Notes under the pieces: generated by a model
Told to the model about the DNA's origin: nothing
Database searches by the model: none
The model's input: the letters and a program-made list of their open reading frames with translations, nothing else
Origin: Macrostomum hystrix
Taxonomy: Eukaryota; Animalia; Platyhelminthes
Assembly (NCBI GenBank): GCA_950097015.1
Contig: CATNEN010000029.1
Span: 3,720,001-3,784,000 of the forward strand
DNA length: 64,000 nt
Reading direction: 5' to 3'
Part shown: positions 1-15,500 of the stretch, piece after piece
Layout of the letters: the number at the start of each line of letters is the position of its first letter
How positions within the stretch are numbered: the first letter of the stretch is position 1
Position numbers and translations under genes: made by a program

Positions 1-9
1 AATACTAAC

Positions 10-530
10 CTCGACAATGATCGAACCGGATCATTGTTTGTTATCGGCGATGAGAACACGACTCGGTGACCCTCGATTACGACCAGTTGTGCGGGCGATC
101 TCGTGACGGCCAAGCAGAAATAGTGCCAGAAGTATGTAGCCTTCAGATTTCCTGTCACCACAGTGGCAGCCCCAGATTGGCGAATCACTCGGGCCTCAAA
201 GTTGTTGGCATTGGTGTACCGGAACTGCAGACTGTCCCCAGACGATCGCAGAACAGGCCTTGTGTAGTCATAGCTAGCGTTGAAGTAGCTGTAGAAACAA
301 ACTGTGTACTCGTTGCCGTCCATCTCCAGTGCACCACTGGCGGGCACCTCCAGAGTGCTGTTTGAGTTTCCAAGAAGAAAGAGAGCTCCGTTGGTTCTGA
401 ATGTGGGTCCACTGGCCCAGCTGATGTTCGAGCCGAGATCGCCATGTCGCATGCTGGATTGAATGTCATTTGCTTGAGTCTCTTGCACCAGTGGCCAGAA
501 GCCAACACGATATTTGTTAAGTTGGACTGT
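10..530 (-). CDS. Exon: LamG-like (concanavalin-type) domain (module D), approximate
   Basis: Frame differs from the ORF track: RVGFWPL...ISWASGPTFRTNGALFLLGNSNSTLEVP...YTVCFY...FWHYFCLAV; ends at a GTTAGT donor. Confidence 0.75.
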
Positions 531-3500
531 TTGCGACTCGGGGTCTGTGAAATATTGCAAATATCGTGAAACTGCCTTAGTGCAGCTCTTTGTATTGAAT
601 AATAAAGTCAAAATTAAGAATTAAGTCAAAAACCAAAATTCTCACCCCATGACTGAACCTTGTAAGAAACACTGTTTGCAGAATAACGGAATAGTTCTGA
701 TTTTGACGTAACATTTGTTGTTAGTAGCCCTGGAACACCGTTCACCAACTGTAAATCACATGTCGTGTCTGAAAGCATATTAGTATATGGTTTTAATCTA
801 ATTTTCAGAGCAGCATCAATAGCAGCATTCCAAGATTGCTGTTTACAGAAAGGCACTTACTGTAAGTCAGCCACTGAAGCATGTTGTAGTTAGTGTTGAA
901 CCGATTGATCATCCCATCGTTCGTGTGGGTTGCATTTTCGTCGCTGAACTTTGAGACAACGGGAATTCCAGTGAACACAGACTTGCATGTTGGTGCTAGC
1001 TCATGGAAGCAATCAAAGAGCTGACGCAAGTGACTCAGTCCACTGTATGAAGCCATGTAATAATTATTGTCGTAGTACATCATGCGCTTGACGTATACCT
1101 TCCGAGCCTGTCTGTCCTGCTTCACATCTAAAAGTTAGATTGTTTGAATTCGTTTTGGTTCGAGCAAAATATATCTGATTCGACTAGGTTTGTTAGTTTC
1201 AATCGAGTGTGCTCATCTCTTACAGTTTCTCGTGTACACAACAACTTCAGCAAACGAGAAGCAGCAGCTGAGTCTCTCGCGTCTCAGAATCACATAACGG
1301 CCATAGAATCCACACATTATTTCGATCACATCTCCTGGGCTGAATGCTTGCGTCATCTTTTGACAGAGAATGGAGTAGAACATTGAGGCAGTGTAAGGAT
1401 TGTCGCTCGTTGTCTGCGACACCCAGGCTTCATACTGCTGAGAATTTTCTGGAGAAATTATAAAATTTAAGGCTTCGAGAAGTGCACATGATCGCATGTT
1501 TAGCATTGTCAATGTTCCTTATTGACAGGTAAAATAATTCGACTCACCGCTCGCATCAGTGCGGAGGTATATCCAAACTTCAGTCACGTACTGAACACTC
1601 AGCATGTCCACGCGCCACCAATTGTACGTTGAGGATGAGGTGACCGGAGTCGACGAGAACATTTTCGATGCAGTGTTACGAGCGAAGTCTCCGTCATTGG
1701 CGGCAGTGGCGCTGTATCCTGAGCGCAGATCGTAATAACTGACAGGATTTCCTGTAATATTGACGGGCGCTGCAACCATCGAGTATCCCGTGTTCAGTGC
1801 ATTCACCTCACAGATGAACTGGTAGGCTGACTGGTATGTGTCACATTTGATATTGCGCCACGTTCCGCCCATGTCCAAGTCCATCATCAAGCATTCTTTG
1901 CCGGGACTGCTGTGGCGCCAGAACTTCCAGTCGACAAGGCTTCCGTCCCACCACTGCCACTGACCAGTTGTTCGGTTGTACTGCCCGTCGATGTGAACAA
2001 ACTTGTGCAGTCCTTGGCCACTGAAGCACGCGTGATACGGATGTATTGGCAAATATTGGTACATTCCTAATGGGTGAGACATCAGAAAATTCTGGTTAAA
2101 AATATCCTACCTAGTGATGGAGTTGAAAAACATATAGTAGAAGAGCTGGTTCTCCAGCACAGTCTTCGGACTGGCCAAATGTCCGCTACCGTTCCAGTGC
2201 ATCGACTCGCAGATCTCTTTAGCCAGCATTGGTGGTGCGACAGTGTGCGGGAAGGAGCTGTTCATGCCGTAGGGAACCCAGTAGCAGCTATCCTTGTGAC
2301 GGAAGAAGCCGAACGGACAGTCTGTGTTAGAGGCCAGTGTGAGAGAGAGTTTGTAATAACATTTTTGGTGCTTGCTAAAGTTTTATTTTCACCCTTGTTA
2401 TTGAGCTTTCTGATGGTCAAGACTAGGCGTCTCGAAGACCATTTTCTTTCTTCCCATGCGTAGTGAAGCTTGTCTTGTTATATCTTTGTTAACCCTGTTA
2501 TATCTTTATAAATATATAAGTAGTCTGTCCGTGTATAATAAAAAGAGATTTATGTCACATAAAATGTTATGCAATGTGATCCTAGTTTTGCATGCCTTTC
2601 TTTTGAACTTCCTGACAAATTAGTTGCTCGACGAAGTCATGGATTTATTTCATATATTCGGTCTCATCAAGTCTTTCGGCAGATTTACCACTGCACCAGA
2701 GCTCACGTAGGCCGATTTTTCAAGCATTCCCTATCTACGAGCGTTTAAAAGAGGCTCTAGTAGTCCTTAAATGTCAAAATAGAGAAAAGCAAAAAAATTG
2801 AAAATAAATTTCCGTTAAAAAGGGAAGCTTCATTTTGACTCGAGCTTTAGCGCAAGAAGCGCATCGAAAATTTCCTTCTGGATTTGTGGTCACTCGCTAA
2901 CCATTTCGGATGATACAGCCGCGGAAAGTAACTGAAGACTGTGCTTCGGTGCCGTTCAGAAATTTGATGTGAATTTCATTTGTTCGAATCAAATGCGGCA
3001 GCGCCTGATTCAAACCATTGCTGGCATCGAAAGTCTAAAATTGGCAAATCGAATCGCTTTGTTAGAAGCTATAAATTCGATATAAAAAGTTTTTTCAACG
3101 ATTCAATATATTCACCGTGACGGATCCTAGAACTGTGAAGTTAACAAGCTTCCATGTACGCATGTGTCTGTACTGTAACTGAAACTTTGCCCGTCTACTG
3201 GAGTTTACAGAGAAGCCGGTGAAGTGGTAGAAATCCTTGAACAGAAATTTTATTGATCCATCAACTTGACTAGCCGTTGTGGTCTGATCGGCGGAGATCA
3301 TTTCGCAATCTACGAGCATAAATTAGTTTGTTAAACAACAGTTTTATCAGTGGTAACTTTTCGTTTAAAAAAATAATTTGCCAATAGCACAGGAGTCTGA
3401 TTCCCTTACCATCTGGGTAGCCGAGAATTTCGAACTTTGCCACGCGTCGGTTGTAATAGTTAAGGGGTAGAAACTGAATGATTTTCGCCCTGATTGGCAC

Positions 3501-6500
3501 AGATAAATCCATCCGCAGTTGCATTTCGTCATTGTAGAATTGATTGAATTCATGCTGAAAATAGAAAGCATAAAGACTTGTATTTGATATCCGATCGTAA
3601 TAAAACTGCACTAAATTACTACACTGCTCAACTTACGTCAACATAGCTGTTGCTCGATTGATAAGACCTTACAGGCACTAGGGTTCGTGGGTTATCCCCA
3701 TAAAATATTTTGAAGCTCTTGACATACGCTCTCCAATAATTTGTTCGATCAATCATCGATGATCCCTGAATTACAAATCCAAGAACTTTGTGACTGACAG
3801 TCAAATGAATGTTGATAGGGTATTCTGGAATTTTTTATGCAAGTTATTATTTTCAGTCTGCATGTAAGTTTATAAATACGCAGTCAAAAAATCGGAAGCT
3901 AATTTTCATTTTCAAGACCGAAGCGAGTGTAAGATATGAAAATAAAGAATAAAGGCAGGCATTCTCACGGGAGTTAAAAAACATTCCAGGTGGCTGACGA
4001 GGCTTCTTCGCTGCGTTTAACCGGAACATGTAAGGCGATGGGTACAGTGATGGGTCAGCGTTTGATGGAAGCGGAGTGTCTTGCGGGTCCAGCTGATTCA
4101 CCTCTATGATACCGTCTTCCATGCCAATCGGATTACCAATTAAGTGTAACTGACCTGGAAAACACAATCAATGCATTAATTATTTAAAATATGGAATTTA
4201 GTCACAAAAGATACGCTCGTATGCACTGGATCAAACGACTTACTAACAGCAGGAAACCCAAAAACTTCAAATTCTGCAAAGCTAAGTCGCCGTCTGTAGT
4301 CTGACAGCTTGCGAATGCCGGCAAAGTATGCCAACTGAAGTTGAAAAACATTTACGAGTAGCAATGCATCACTTAGGGTGTTCACAAGCATCACTCATTG
4401 TCATTAATTCTCACCTTATCAGTGTCAACCGCCCACACATGCTCTCTAAGGTAGTTATTTCCCAGATTCTCAATCACTTGCACACTTGAGTGAGTAACAA
4501 TTGAGGAGTTCGACACAAAAATTTCAGCTGAATCAAGTTCCTCATAGTCTGCAGCAGTTGAGATTGGAGCAGTTTAATTAACATTACTAAAGTACAAGAT
4601 ACTTTTGAAAACTTGAAAATTGAAAATTGAAAACGTGAAAACTTTCTGAAGTGCTTACCAAAGCGCATGTTTGATCGCGAGCAACCTAAAACTTGGCATG
4701 AATCCCATCTAACACTGGGATTTGTTGTATAGCACCAAAATTTGTTTGTATTGTCACAGTTGCGACAGTAATTTTCGGAGGCAGTTTTATTGTTAGCAGG
4801 GAAATATCCTGCATTCTGACAATCTGTGTTTGGTACATGTGGAGTGTTGCTGCCCCAGTTCTGGCAAGTGTAGCCTGAGTTTGTGACATTCAACCGACCA
4901 AAGTAGTCCTTCCGATTTACAGTAGAGCCACAAACATCTCCTCCGTAGGTGTCTGAAACAGGCGAGCAACCTTTAATACAGCTTTTCATGTCTGTACTTT
5001 CTTACACATCTGGCGAGCTAAATTACATTTAAGTTTAGTTCTAATACCTTTAAACTCAGTAACATGTGTTGAACATTTGTTGCATTGAGTCCTAACTACC
5101 CTTTAATTTACGAGTATGAAATTGGTCAGCTAAGTAATTGATGTGATATTTCGTCCTTTTTAGGCAAACTAGAAGAGAAAGAAACTCATTTCGAACAATG
5201 CGCAATTACCGAGTTCCTCAATCAAATCAACGATTCGAATTCTTTTGATTATCGTCAGATAGTCAAAATTGATCAGCCAATAATGATAGGACTCTGAGTA
5301 GTCCTGGTAGTCAGTAACAAACGAGTGGCCATACCCTTGGAACATTAGCAAGTTTCCATCATTGCCCCTTTCTGGATTACTGTTAGAGCTGTGGTACCGG
5401 TACTTGAAATTTGACACGATGTAGGGTAGTATAGAATCCGATGTATCTGAAAAATGACCATTGAAGCATCGAAAAATGATCTTTCCATTTAAATTTCTTG
5501 TTAATAACCGGTCTAACCGGACTTACCTAGCAGACATCCATACAACTGCAATTTTAAATCGTTTATATTTCGACACTCGTTCGGAAAAACCCTAAGAGCT
5601 AGAGTTTGCAAGTCTGGAAGCAGCTTTAGACTAGCAGCTTGACGGGTTTGACGTGGTCCGACGAACATCTGGTCAACAGAAAAGACAATGGAAGAATATC
5701 TTGGATTTGTCATCATTTTTGCTATGTTAATGTTATTGTTAAATAATGAGAATGCGAGTTTTAGAACACTTGACGAATGCATACCATGCCATTGTAGAGC
5801 GATCTCCAGTAGCGCGCATCCTCGCTGTAGTACAGGTAGTAACTCAACACGCTGGTCCAGGAGTCTGTGAGCACGCCGATTCCTGGACCACCCTGCAGTG
5901 TAATCCACTGCAGCTTCACGAATTTGTCAAAAGTTGCCTGTAAAAGTGCAAATGAATGAGAATAATGAGCAAAATGTGTGTTCGAGACTAGATCTACCAA
6001 GTTATCTAGCTCGTATGTTTATTCAACTATCGACAAAAGAGCTTCTTACCTGCAGATAGACTCGCTCTTGAAGAAAATAATATTGTGGTCTGTATGTAGA
6101 CAGAGTCTTTGTGCTCCTCACATTAAAGTAAACTTGGATGCTATTTCCTGTGTTCACAATGTCGTTGGAGTACCCAATCTTTTTTATCGGGATGGCGTGT
6201 CGAGAGTCTGTCGATTGGCCGATCAGCTGACCGTTGAAATATGTGAAAAACGAGGTCACATTATTTGTTGTGTCCCAGGTGATGCACACCTTCGCAAAGT
6301 CCTGCGTATTGTGCGTTGCTGAGAGGTTGAGCGTGCTGTTCAGCACATCCAGCACGTACGCAGTCGGGTTGTTCACAGAGTAGTCCTTATTTTCCACTTG
6401 CGCTCCAGCGTACCTGACCTGGTTCGCCCCATCGCCTTGCAGCATCAACACGTAGCGAGACTAAAATTCAGCATGGCACAAAAAGGACACAATTAGCTAG

Positions 6501-9500
6501 TATTAAAGGTGCTTAATGTGGAGTTGAAATAAAAAGCTATCATTAAAAGTCTTACATTGGTCATGGCTTCCAAGTATCCAAATTGGCTTGTAAACCAGAT
6601 TTTCGCTAATCTACTGCGAATAAGAAGATTAAATGTGATATTTTTCGTCTCCAGTGCACTTGCAATCGCCTCGTTCGGCATCCAATCTACCCTCATATCA
6701 ACTTCAGACTGGTAGTCATTGTCTAGAAATTAAAGTAAAATAAATTTTATATTTTCTTAAGTTTTCAAGTTGCCTCTATCATTTTCGTTTAATCCATACG
6801 TTTCAATTGCGCTCACAAGACACGAGCTAGTTCGTCTTAAATAGATATACAAGTGTATATCCAATGCACAGACTTACACTCCTCTGCAAACACAAAGATC
6901 TGATCGACTCGGAAGAAACCGAAATCAGCCGGCTTGGTGAGGACTAGGTATCGACCCAGCATATCGCTGGAGCAGGTGAAGCTGTACTCTGTGATGCCAC
7001 TGACAGGAATCTCCAGTGAGTCACAGAGAGGCCAGCTGAGAAATGCGCGCTCTCCCAGAGACGAGTCATAGGTATTGCTGACGCGCACGTGGATTGGGTA
7101 CTGGCCTGCTGTCGCTGTAATTAAAATGGCAATATTTAATGAATGAAATATTGAATTTAAAAAGTAAAAATGATGTTAAAAAGGGTTATGGATACAATTT
7201 TTTCGTACGGCTCTGAAAGTCGACCCCAGATATTGTGTGCAACAGCTTCAGATCCACCAAAACGTAGTAGTATTCCGTGACTCTCACGTTAGACGCATGG
7301 TTAGCCGTTAGGATTCTAAGAAAGCCACCAGATGTTGTACTTTGAGAAACGTCTCGTCCATTAAACAAAACAGTTTTGAAGATTGCAGCATTGTGTCCTT
7401 GAAAGCTCCCGAGACTCGGATAATAGTAGTGGACTGAAAGATGGTAGGCGTTTTCATTAGTAGTTGGCTTTAGCTTAAATGGCCCCTTACTTTGCAATTG
7501 AAACCTGGAGCTAGTCTCAGTGTTATTTTTATTTTTGAGTGCCATTGAGAATGATTTGAGCTTGATCATGTTTACATAAAAAATCGACCGATTGAAAGGC
7601 TTCAGCGAACGATCTATAGCAAGTTCTTTCCATTTAGGCTATAAATATAACCTTACAGCAGCTAGCAGCTACACAGGTTCCAGTTCCGCCCGTGACCTTG
7701 TTGCACAGAGGCTGCTCTGATGACGTTCCTGAAATTTTATAAGCTTTTTGTGAGACTATTTTGACTTTTACGTCGCTTACGAGGATGTACTGAAATTGTG
7801 ACAAAACGCATAACCTGCAAGTAAAAGTCCATTTTTCGTAATAGTATAATCGTACTTACGGCTGATACACTGTGAGCCATATTTCATGACGTCAGGAACG
7901 CCAGAAGTCCAAGGGGCACAAGCTATGCCTTCTCTTGTCACGTTCAGGTCATGAAGGACATACCCATGATCGCCACGACTCATGACGCATGGAACTGTAA
8001 ATGGCAATAAACATTATTCATTTTATTTTGTTGGTACATTATTGCTATCGGTTTTGCAGTGATAATTGAAAAAAAGCTTTGTAGATATATCAATAATAAA
8101 TTAATACTTTTTAGTTCAATTAGATTCAGGATAATTTAACAAAAATACCTCTAGTGCGAACCACGTTACCGACTATGGCATCCTCTGGCTTGTTAAACGA
8201 GGAACGGCCGCTGCCACTAAGAGTAGCTGCTAACTTTCCAGGAATCCCTGGCAGCAAAGGCTGCATGCAACCTAAAATTTTAATTCCGTGTAGCTACTTT
8301 ACACCTTCAGACTCATGATAAATAGGTTGAATTCGAGGGAGCGGCTTTTGAGAAATTCAGGTCGGCCTCTTACTGGAGTTTACGCATGGATAGTGCTGCA
8401 TAATAGTCGCGTCATTAACATTACACGGAGAAGACAGTGGATTGGATGTAAAAATCCAGAATGTTCCTTCATTAGGTTGATAGTTGCTCGTTCTATTTAT
8501 AAAATACTCATCTACGAACATAACGTCGTTGTTAGCGGCGCGAATGTTTACATCCGTATCGGTCCACATAGCGAAGTTGTCATTGCAGCCTGAGCACATC
8601 CACGGATGTATGTAGGTGACAAGTGGTCCTTTGGTACATACCTTGGGTCCTAGAGAATCGTGGGTGCATTTCTTTGTTTTTGGAATGTTTCTTTGTCATA
8701 GTTTGATGCTTACACATTTTTGTTCTTTATTACAAAACTTTTGTGAACGAATTTGTAGTCACTTACGTTTTGACTCAAGTTAGAACGTGAAAATTGGAAT
8801 TCAAACATACGAGTAGATATGTTTAGGATTGAACTGAGAATTAAATGTGATACAGGTAGTCTGTTTATGAAGAACTTGGATATTAAACTTGATCTTAAAC
8901 ATTTTTCTAGAGCTCAAACACGTAGACCAAGAGCACTCAGGCAGCGTACGACCAAGAACAAGTTTCTGTGAGTAGGATCCAACTCTGTTTATCACTCTTG
9001 TGTTACTGAGACTGAGATTGGGTGATTTTTAGGAAAAAGTGCGATATACAAAAGGATTTCTTCAATTTGTTCAGTAGCTCGTATAAGATGTTATTGTTAA
9101 AAACAGAAACCTGATATCAGCAGCGGCATAGCAAGCGAACAAAGAGATATCTAGTTTCATTCAAGAAAGCTGAGACTCACTTTTTAGAAGCGGAAGTTCG
9201 CAGATAAAATAGAGCAAATCTGAAGCTGTTCCTTTTGGAATAAGTCCATTAAACCAAGGACGCAGAACGGCATGCAAATTCCCTGCCTTCTCGGATGCCC
9301 AAGATCCATCACTAACAGGCTCTCCATCGAACCACTCCCAGTTGCCATTGCTGGTGTTCCTTCTAACACCGACGTGCATTTCCCAGTTGTAGCTAGAGAG
9401 TGCGTTTAATTGGTTTTTGCGAGCTATAAAAAATTCTAACAATATCACTTGTCATTTAAAACTTACAGGTAGGATATATTCATTACTTACTATTTACCCA

Positions 9501-12500
9501 AAACAAAGTTCATCTTCATGGCATCCTTCGGCATGAACAGTGTTCCTCTCTGTCCGGCCCATCGATAAGATAGGCAGTGTCGCTGACTTGCAGCCTGTGT
9601 AGTCCTTACTGTGAATGTCCGAAGGCAGACGTCAAAGTGCGGAGTGAATCCGTCAGGACACTCGTTAGGGACTTTTCCATGCAGGCTTAACTCATCTGGA
9701 GAGAGACTGCCATTGACTACGTGGAAAGTCAGACTGAGGGGCTGGAGAACTTGTGGAAAGTGGAGACTTTGATTGGCTGATTTTACATCGAACTGCAATA
9801 CAATAATATGAGTTTAAGCAATCAGGACGTCCATTTAGAAGCCCAAATACATTTGAAGCATCATACCATCCAGGTGGTGTTGTACACCTTGAAGACTTCA
9901 TCCTCTCCAGCCAGTTCTTCGAAGCTCAAATAGAATCGGAGACGTTCTGCTGTCTTTCTATTGAACTGCATGAAGTTCAGATAGTACATGTATTTAAACG
10001 ACACGCGCAGGGTAGATCCATTCACCATCGTCTTGGTTAGGTATTCCTCTGGAATCTCAGTGCTGTCTGTGGAAGACGTTTGTTTTTATCACTTACGAAG
10101 CATAAAAAGTAAGGGCACGCGTTTTAGTTGCATAAGCTTACTTGTGTCGTTTGGAAAGCCAAGAAAGTCAAATTTGATGGCCGTGCGCTCAATTGCTGAC
10201 AATGTTTCCACTCGTACTAATTGGGCTTGGAATGGATAAGTAAAGACTTCCCGTTTGCGCTCCATCTCATCGCGCGGACCGTCAAATCTTATCTAAAATT
10301 ATAGATTTGCTTTGTCTTTAAAGATTTTGAGTATTAGCTAGCCAGAAAACTCATCGATCTAAGTATTGAATCTAGGAGCACTATTGTAAATTTGGTTCCA
10401 ACTTTAAGGCTTCTAGCTTAACTGTGCAGTTAAAACTAATTTCAACGATATTATGATTTATGATATTATGATTTATTTGAAATAAATCAGAAATGTAAAC
10501 TTCTCAGCTTAAATACAACACAATTTTCAGCTTCAGTTTAGCGATTCTTGGAAAGAGCGATCCAGAAAGCATACATTTAGCATGAATAAGATGAAATTCT
10601 TACTGCTCCGTTTGTCTCAAGGTCTCTGTAATAGTTTAGCATGTCCCGCCGTTTCTCATATGCATAGAGAATGCGCAATGATGTAAAGCGTCCAAAGTAT
10701 GGAGAATGTGCAGATGAGCCCTGTACAATGAAGCCCGTGATTGTGTAGACGCAGGGAAAGTACACATCGAAGTATCCAGTTCCGTAGAGGTGTAGAGCAA
10801 AGTTGAAAGCTTCATCTCCCGGGAAATCAAGTGGCAAGGAATACACGTCACCAGTGAACGATTTGTAGGTTTGAATTCGACTCGCTCGGGCTACGGTGGC
10901 AGGGAATCGAGAACCAAGACCGGTGCGGACAAACACCAGCTCAGAGAGCTGGTCTCCTGGGCGGCCTGCGTGGCAGGTAGGCGCCATTTCCATGATTTTT
11001 CTAAGCTTATAAACTGTAATAAAAAATAGTCGAAGAGGGACACTTACCCAGTGGATAACCATAAACTTCAATTTCGCATACAGTGTAGTGAACCAATAGG
11101 CCAGAAAAGCTGCCGACGCCCACATAACGTGCCGTCTAAGTTTGTGGGAAGTCGGAGGAGTATTTCTTACTGCTGATTCTTATATGAAAAAATATATATA
11201 TTGTATATTTATGCTACAGATTGACTGATCGACTACAGAGCAATTGGCAAGAAAATGTTAGTCACAGGCTGGTTGATGCTCACAACTTACAATTAGTTCG
11301 AAAGGAACAATATATGCAAGAGGATAAATTATGCTCGTGCCACAAAACTCTAGTTCGTGTATGCGCTAGAATTCTCATAAATTATTGACAAAATCGTACT
11401 GCGAGCGTATTGGCTTAAGTAAGTTAATGAAGCTCGCCATGTTTCGTTGCATTAGATCATCACTGTACAGATGCATGGTGACATAGGGTAGCCCGTACTT
11501 ACGCGAGCCACATTCACGAGCCAGGGCTGGGGAACTACAGCGTCGCCAACGGTGTCCACAATGATACCCGAGCTACCGACGTAGGTCGAGTTGGATACAT
11601 ACAACTTTGTGAACTTGTTCGCTTCACTAGTCACAATACCTGAGAAAAATTAGTACAATTATCTAGAGATTAGCACAATGGAAAGGAGTGAATTATTTGT
11701 TATGTTTTACCATACCTTTGTCATCATCCGTTTGTGCCCACACATAGACTCTTTCAATGTATCGAGGATACACTAAGTCTATTGTGATGAATGCATTCGT
11801 AGCATAATGTCTCCAGCATCCAGAGCTGAATATCGGAGATCGGTTCTGGTCGATGACGCCTCTCTCACTATAAGAAGTCACGCCAGAGCTATAAACAGCC
11901 TGGTAGTTGGATATTATGACTGGCTGCTGGTGTTGCACATTGTACTTGGCTGAAATTCATTATATACAAGGCTTTCACAGGGATACTATGAAATGTGTCA
12001 ACTAGCTTACAACAGAAAAAGGGAAGCTCACAATTCTTGCAGCCATATAGCATCCATCGCACTTCAATGCGTCTGTAGTAGCTCTGCATGTAGACTCGAA
12101 AAGTGGCTGCATGGATTTCAGGCACAACGCGGTAGCTGGAAACTACGTCGCCCTTGGAGTATGAGCCAGGAATATGCTGCAATAGGGAAAAGCATAGACT
12201 TTGGATCTCGTGATTCACCTGAAAGACCTTCCACCTCAATCATCCTTACGCAGCGAGCCGAATAATTAGGTAAAACTAGCATAATTTAGTAACCAGGACA
12301 CTCACGTGAACATATGGAGTGTAAGCAAAGTTATCTGAACTGTGGGTCAGCTGCACAAGATGCATGTACGAGATGCTGCTAGGATCTGTATCGAATCGAC
12401 TGCTACCAGCCTGAATGCTAAACACAAACAGGGTGACGAAATCATCGAACCATGCCTAAAATGAAAAAGCGAATACGATTTAGACACAATGTGTCAAAGT

Positions 12501-15500
12501 CAAGATTGGTTTTGATTGTAAACATGGAGATAGCTTAAAAGGCGAGACTTTTTACCTGAATATAGTCATTGAAACCAGCAGCTGAGCTCACTCCGGAAAC
12601 TGTAAGCGGACTCCAGAATCCTAGATAACGCGAGCCTAACAAATGCGAATCAAGTTCTAAGCTATCAAATCTACAATCGCGTTTTTTCAAGAGTGCAGGA
12701 TGAAAATACATTCCGATGACTCACTTGGCATGTCATACATCACTCGTGGTCCTGTGTGCATGCTCTCAGAAACCAACGCGAGATATGACACTGAGGTGAA
12801 GTTGATTGAATCGCTTGCCATGACCACTCCATAGCCAATGTCCTGTCCGTTGCACGCGAAGAAGACGGAGCAGTTGTAGGAATCGCATTCACGCCAGGTG
12901 ACGGTGAGAGGCAGGTATTCCTCTGTGTCAGCAGCCACTGGTTTCAGCTGTCTCAGGCTGATGCTGCCTACAGTTCTCAGGTTGGATCCGTAGAAGTCGC
13001 CCTGGCGAATGGCAGCAGCTGCGAGCCACAGCGCTGTCCCGTTGGCGTTGAGATTGAACTCGTAGCGTTTCTTACAACAAGTATAGAATTTTAATAAACG
13101 AATAGAAAGAAAAAACAAAAGCTATAGTTTTCGAAAGGTAATAAGCCTAGGTATACCTGGTTCATTATGTCAGATTCGGCATAAAATTCTGAGAACAGAA
13201 GTTGCAAGCCAGCGCTGTTCAATCGAATGTGCAGAGTAAGATTTCCTGTCTTGAGGGCGTCAGCTACTAGCGACTTAGGCAGTCGGTACAGCTTTCTCAC
13301 ATCGGCTTCTGTGGCCACTTCGTTCACTGAAATTTTCGTATACTCGTAAATCGTTGATAACGGTTCACGCTATGAATTAACTAGCGGAAAATGTACCTTC
13401 ATCTCCAGCTAAATCAAAATAATTAATATCCATTCGCGCGTTCCCGATGTTACTGACAGGGCTCACGAGAACCAAGTAGCGAGCAACCTGCGGCTCGTAA
13501 CAGGTAATGAATGTGGCCGAAGTTGATAGTGCCTCTACAAAGTTCCAGTTAAAGCACGTGTTCCAATCTTCGAATGCCAGGTCTCCGAGACTGCGGTTCC
13601 ATGAGTTGCTTGTCCTGAAGCTCACATTGTACAGATCTCTCGCTGAAAATAGCAATGCATACATAAAAAGGTTTGGCAAAGCTCCTTTGCATGAAGAGCG
13701 ATCGTAGTAGAACATAATAAATTAATCAGTACTTACTTGGGTCTACACGAAATCGAAAGAACTTGTAGCGAAGCTTCAAATCAAAGAGAATCCACCAGTT
13801 GTGCGGCGGAGTTGCAACACTCAGCACGTCGGTGTTTAAGTAGAATCCGTAGTTTAAGTTGATTGAATAGGCTTGCCGAATGCCAAGGAAGTAAACTACT
13901 TTGTCTGTGAGGATATTGCTTATGTAGTCATGGCCAGCCGGGGGATGGTAGTATTGGCCTAAAGTATGTTTCAAGGTTTTATACATTTTATACCTAAAAT
14001 ATTATATACCCTTCTGAGCACTTCGTCAGAAACACTGAATTTGACACATCGCGATCATACTGCTATTTTTCGACCTAGCTGGTGCTATATTTCGAAATTG
14101 TTGAATTCGGGAAGAAAATCTCGAATGAAATTATCACAAGGCTTGGAGCAAGTTTTACTTACTGCAATAGGCTGTCTGCAGTTTGTAGCAGTCTCTTATT
14201 ATCCCACCCTGGTCATAACAGCTTGAATAGCGGGTCGTTACATCTGTTTAAAAAAAATATTTTTTCGATTGAAGCACTGGTGCATATTTGATGCAAACTG
14301 GGTCCAGAGCTATTGCTCACATTCCAAGCACGAATTGTTGTAGTCCTTGTATGTGCTGGTCACAGTGGCCCAGTTCACACAAGCGAATCCCTGCTCGGTA
14401 ACAGACCATGGACCGTCATAGAATAGATAGTCAGCTCTGCTTAGTGCGCACTGCACATGATCTGAAGAATGGTTACTATTCATGCCTTAAAAAAAGTTTC
14501 GTTCAATTTGGTCTACTTTTATGTGACAACTGACCTTCTGTTGACATGACGGAACCCAGAAAAGCTCTCTCAGCGCCTCGTCGAGAATTCGAAGACGACG
14601 CATTGATGCGAACTCCCAGCTTGCCCGGTTCCGCGAAGAGGAGTGGCTCCATGCAGCCTTAAGAAAAGAGGCATTACTTTAAAACTTTATTTTACTATGA
14701 TGGTCAAGATAAGCCTCACTTTAGCAGACAATCGTTTTGTTAATTTACCATTCTCGATTTGGGTCCTTTGGTATACAGGAGTCTTCACTGTTGAACTTTG
14801 AATGCTCTCAGTGCCAATGGATATTGCGTAAGTGCCTAAGTTAGTAGAATCCCCAGAATCGTAAATTACGGGAATGTACTTGTACGCATCATCCAGTGTC
14901 CACATGCTAATCAGCTCATACGAAGGTCCCTGGGTGTAGAGTTGATTATCGTCTTCTCCTCCCACTGCGTTACGATAAAACGTGTTTAACACAACCGTCT
15001 GATGTCGATCTGGCCCTAAGTTGGAAAGCATTCGTTCACTTAGAGAAGTGTTAAAATATCGTCGTCGAAATATAGCACGTCGAAAGTCTACTCACAGATT
15101 TTCTTTGGTATCTGGCATAAAGAGAACAGACAATCGGTACATTGGCACTTGTAGAGTCCGTTGTAGTCTGTAGACAGACATGCACATGGGCTGTTCTTTG
15201 GCTGGCCCATGTAGAATGCTCCCTGCTCCACCTCCTCCCCATCCAGCCATAACCAGCGACCAGAGGCATTTCTGTATGCACCAATGTGAAACTGCATGTT
15301 CCTGAAATGACACAAATTAAGTTAAGACAAGTCGCTGGCATAGAGTTCAAATTTACTATCCTTTTATCTACCTCATGTGGCCGAAGTTGCGCAACACGGC
15401 AGTCTTGGGCATGAACAGCGTGCCGTTGCGACCGTTCCAGTAGCGGCTCTGGCAGTACTGCAACGAGGTGTTCCAGTCCAGGGCGGATGGAACGATCCTC

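Noticed and set aside
185-508. ORF-track protein 185-508
   Set aside because: Wrong frame; the neighbouring frame gives a clear LamG-like sequence.
770-860. SWNAAIDAA resembling the F-type SWNxSL motif, which would need a 22-nt intron
   Set aside because: That intron is implausibly short; the acceptor at 768 gives the conserved 123-nt exon, so this stretch is intronic.
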